In this document: positions 27,095 through 32,000 of the stretch, piece by piece
Layout of the letters: the number at the start of each line of letters is the position of its first letter
Numbering within the stretch: the stretch's first letter is position 1
Origin: Delftia acidovorans NBRC 14950
GTDB lineage: Bacteria; Pseudomonadota; Gammaproteobacteria; Burkholderiales; Burkholderiaceae_C
NCBI RefSeq assembly: GCF_001598795.1
Contig: NZ_BCZP01000001.1
Location: 330,001 to 362,000, forward strand
Direction: 5' to 3'
Length of the DNA stretch: 32,000 nucleotides
Made by a program: the position numbers and the translations under genes
Notes under the pieces: generated by a model
Databases searched by the model: none
What the model was told of the DNA's origin: nothing
The model's input: the letters and a program-made list of their open reading frames with translations, nothing else

Positions 27095-27101
27095 GAAGGA
27101 T

Positions 27102-27118
27102 GGCCGGCCTCGCCGGCC
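27102..27118 (+). terminator. possible hairpin terminator after the AraC-family gene
   Basis: GGCCGGC-CTC-GCCGGCC followed by TTGATCT. The U-tract is weak. Confidence 0.3.
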
Positions 27119-27159
27119 TTGATCTGGCGCAAGCGTCTGTCCTTGCAGGCCGGGCATGG

Positions 27160-27187
27160 CTTGAAATTTGCCCTGCCGGTATCAGAT
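27160..27187 (+). promoter_or_regulatory. sigma-32 (RpoH)-type heat-shock promoter of clpB
   Basis: GGCTTGAA-ATTTGCCCTGCCGG-TATCAGAT: a perfect CTTGAA -35 and a 14-nt spacer whose last 8 nt (CCTGCCGG) are identical to the dnaK promoter spacer. The -10 keeps only the C-A..T core. It is 40 nt upstream of the clpB ATG. Confidence 0.5.
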
Positions 27188-27227
27188 AAATCGCAATGAC
27201 CCTGTTTCAGGAGCGAAAAGAAACACC

Positions 27228-29840
<2,613 letters not shown>

Positions 29841-29870
29841 CGCACCGGGCCAGCCAAGAAAGGCTTTGCT

Positions 29871-30224
29871 TTGAACGATTTTGTCGCCACCCTGACCCGC
29901 TGGGCCGTTCGCATCCTGCTGATGCTTGTGGGCTTGGTCTTCTTTGTCAGCCTGCTGACCGCCGCGGCGCTGCTGGCCCTGGTCTGGGCCGTGAGAGCGC
30001 TGTGGGCCAGGCTCACCGGCCAGCCGGTGATGCCCTGGGCCATGCGCATGAGCCCGCGGGCGGGATGGCAGACCGTGTACCGCTCCGGCTCCGAGTGGAT
30101 GGCACAGCGTCCGCAGCGCGCCTATGGCGCTGCCGAGGGCGGTGGCCGCCGCGCCGGTGCCGGCGTACTGCCGGGTGCGGGCGAGGTGACCGACGTTCAG
30201 CCCCGTGAAGTGCGCGAGCCCTGA
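29871..30224 (+). CDS. hypothetical small membrane protein downstream of clpB (up to 117 aa)
   Basis: GC3-rich frame with a long hydrophobic segment (WAVRILLMLVGLVFFVSLLTAAALLALVWAV) and an Arg/Gly-rich tail. The start is uncertain: a TTG at 29871 after AGAAAGG, or the ATG at 29922. It shares the strong terminator at 30307-30335 with clpB. Confidence 0.5.
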   Translation: MNDFVATLTRWAVRILLMLVGLVFFVSLLTAAALLALVWAVRALWARLTGQPVMPWAMRMSPRAGWQTVYRSGSEWMAQRPQRAYGAAEGGGRRAGAGVLPGAGEVTDVQPREVREP

Positions 30225-30306
30225 AGCGTCTTGCTGCAGCCTTTACGCGGCCTGCGCATCTTCGTGCCCAGGCCGCGCGTGGCGGCCCGTATAGTCTGAA
30301 ACCCTC

Positions 30307-30335
30307 GGGAGCCCGTGCAAGGCTCCCTTTTTTTT
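30307..30335 (+). terminator. strong intrinsic terminator ending the clpB transcription unit
   Basis: GGGAGCC-CGTGCAA-GGCTCCC followed by T8. Confidence 0.85.
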
Positions 30336-30414
30336 CCTGCCGCTGCATGCCAACATGTGCCGCGACGCATCCTTGGAATGCGGCGCATGCAAGTGTCTTC
30401 TTACCATTGAGCCT

Positions 30415-31851
30415 ATGACCCAGCTGGATCTCCACCGCGTCTTCGACCTTCAGTACCAGGCCAGCCGGGCGCAGGTGGACGTGCCCCTGCTGGTACGCCG
30501 CGAACGCCTGCTGCGCATGCAAAAGCTGCTGGACGAGCACGGCCCCGTGCTGGCCGCCGCCGTGCAGGCCGACTTCGGCATGCGCTCGCCGCGGCTGACC
30601 GAGATGGTGGAGCTGTTCGTGCTGCGCAACCTGCTCAAGCACACGCTGCGCCATCTGGCGCGCTGGTCGGGGCGCCAGCGGGTGCGAACGCCGCTGATGC
30701 TCATGCCCGGCCGGGGATGGATAGAGCGCCAGCCGCTGGGCGTGGTGGGGGTGATTTCCCCGTGGAACTATCCGGTGCAGCTGGCGCTGGGGCCGGCCAT
30801 CACGGCCCTGGCGGCGGGCAACCGCGTCATGCTCAAGCCCAGCGAACTCACGCCGCACACATCGGCCCAGCTGGCGGCGCTGGTGGGGCAGTTTTTCGCG
30901 CCCGAGGAATTCGCCGTCATCGAAGGCGATGTGAGCATCGCCACGCAGTTCTCGGGCCTGCACTTCGACCATCTGCTGTTCACCGGCTCGACTGCCGTGG
31001 GCCGTCGCGTGGCGCAGGCGGCGGCGGCGCACCTGACGCCGACGACGCTGGAGCTCGGTGGCAAGTCGCCCTGCATCATCTCCACCGACTGCGACCTGAA
31101 GGAGGCCGCGCTCAAGATCGCGCATGGCAAGCTCGTCAATGCGGGCCAGACCTGCATCGCCCCCGACTACGTGCTGCTGCCGCGCGGGCAGGAGGCGGAG
31201 TTTGCCGAGGCCTTTCGCACCGCGGCGCGGCGGCTGTTTCCGCGCTTTGCCGGCAATCCGGACTATGCGGCCATCCTCACCAAGCGCCACCTCGCACGCC
31301 TGCGGCAGATGCTGCGCCAGGCCCAGGGCATGGGGGCGCATGTCGAGTGGATGGAGGATGGCGGAGCCGGCCAGGAGAGCGCCGACATGGCCTGGGGCGA
31401 TGCCGTGGAGCGCCAGATGGCGCCGGCCCTGGTCTTCAATGCCACCAGCCAGATGCAGCTCATGCAGGAGGAGATCTTCGGCCCCATCCTGCCCGTGATC
31501 AGCTACGACAGGCTGGATGACGTGGTCTCGGCCATCAATGCGGGGCCCAGGCCGCTGGCGCTGTACTGGTTCGGCCGCGATGAGAAAGTGCGTGATGCCG
31601 TGCTGTCACGCACCATCAGCGGCGGGGTGACGGTCAACGACACCCTGCTGCACTTCGCACACGAGAACCTGCCCTTCGGCGGCGTGGGCGACAGCGGCTG
31701 GGGTGCCTACCATTCGGAGCAGGGCTTTGCACGGCTGAGCCATCAGAAGGCGGTGTTCGTGCAGTCGCGCTGGTCGGGGGCTTCGATGCTGTATCCGCCC
31801 TACGGCGCAAGGTTCGACCGCATCATGGAGTTGATGCGCCGCTGGCTGTGA
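30415..31851 (+). CDS. NAD(P)-dependent aldehyde dehydrogenase, coniferyl-aldehyde-dehydrogenase-like (ALDH3-type) subfamily
   Basis: Contains GVVGVISPWNYP, FTGSTAVGR, the catalytic Glu in TLELGGKSP, the catalytic Cys in NAGQTCIAPDY, and EEIFGPILPV and PFGGVGDSGWGAYH. The start MTQLDLHRVF at 30415 gives 478 aa, which is typical for this subfamily. Confidence 0.85.
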   Translation: MTQLDLHRVFDLQYQASRAQVDVPLLVRRERLLRMQKLLDEHGPVLAAAVQADFGMRSPRLTEMVELFVLRNLLKHTLRHLARWSGRQRVRTPLMLMPGRGWIERQPLGVVGVISPWNYPVQLALGPAITALAAGNRVMLKPSELTPHTSAQLAALVGQFFAPEEFAVIEGDVSIATQFSGLHFDHLLFTGSTAVGRRVAQAAAAHLTPTTLELGGKSPCIISTDCDLKEAALKIAHGKLVNAGQTCIAPDYVLLPRGQEAEFAEAFRTAARRLFPRFAGNPDYAAILTKRHLARLRQMLRQAQGMGAHVEWMEDGGAGQESADMAWGDAVERQMAPALVFNATSQMQLMQEEIFGPILPVISYDRLDDVVSAINAGPRPLALYWFGRDEKVRDAVLSRTISGGVTVNDTLLHFAHENLPFGGVGDSGWGAYHSEQGFARLSHQKAVFVQSRWSGASMLYPPYGARFDRIMELMRRWL

Positions 31852-32000
31852 GCGAGGGGGTGATTTCTCGCCGTTGCCGGGCTTGCCTGCATCGTGAGAA
31901 ATTGTCAACTGATTCCTTGCCAAGCCTTGTGTCGCGTGCGCCAGCTGCTCTTTTTTGGAGAGCACATAGCACATCCCAATGCCGAGGGCAAGAAAACGAG

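Noticed and set aside
31606-32000. Minus-strand ORF 31606-31974 (122 aa), and a possible partial ORF entering from the right edge and ending at 31905.
   Set aside because: The first overlaps the 3' end of the aldehyde dehydrogenase gene in a mirror frame and its sequence carries no information. The second spans only about 32 codons with weak GC3 bias and no recognisable motif. The last ~150 nt are lower in GC and look intergenic.

Overview
High-GC (roughly 65%) chromosomal segment that looks betaproteobacterial. Gene order and protein sequences resemble Burkholderiales/Comamonadaceae, but that is inference, since no search was possible. Almost all of the window is densely packed core housekeeping. 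It holds leuB-leuD-(entericidin-like lipoprotein)-leuC plus a LysR regulator, and a secreted Sel1-repeat protein. It also holds the grpE-dnaK-dnaJ heat-shock cluster, the rpsF-priB-rpsR-rplI operon, and dnaB. Next come a PIN-PhoH ATPase with a small tail-anchored partner, bcp, and an Mth938-like protein, followed by alaA-hom-thrC and mobB-moeA-moaD ... moaE. The right end carries an EamA transporter with a divergent AraC regulator, clpB with a small membrane-protein ORF, and an aldehyde dehydrogenase. I found no rRNA, tRNA, CRISPR array or intact mobile element. The one accessory-looking stretch is a ~2.2 kb block (22490-24716) wedged between moaD and moaE. It contains a serine-recombinase fragment without a catalytic domain, translationally coupled to moaD. 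It also contains a convergent DapA/NAL-family lyase whose 3' end overlaps that fragment across a perfect palindrome, a structured 284-nt spacer, and two tightly linked small proteins (84 and 114 aa) that I cannot place in any family. That block is my best candidate for something undescribed, but the sequence alone gives no function. The many 300-900 aa antisense ORFs in the track are mirror-frame artefacts of high GC3 coding.
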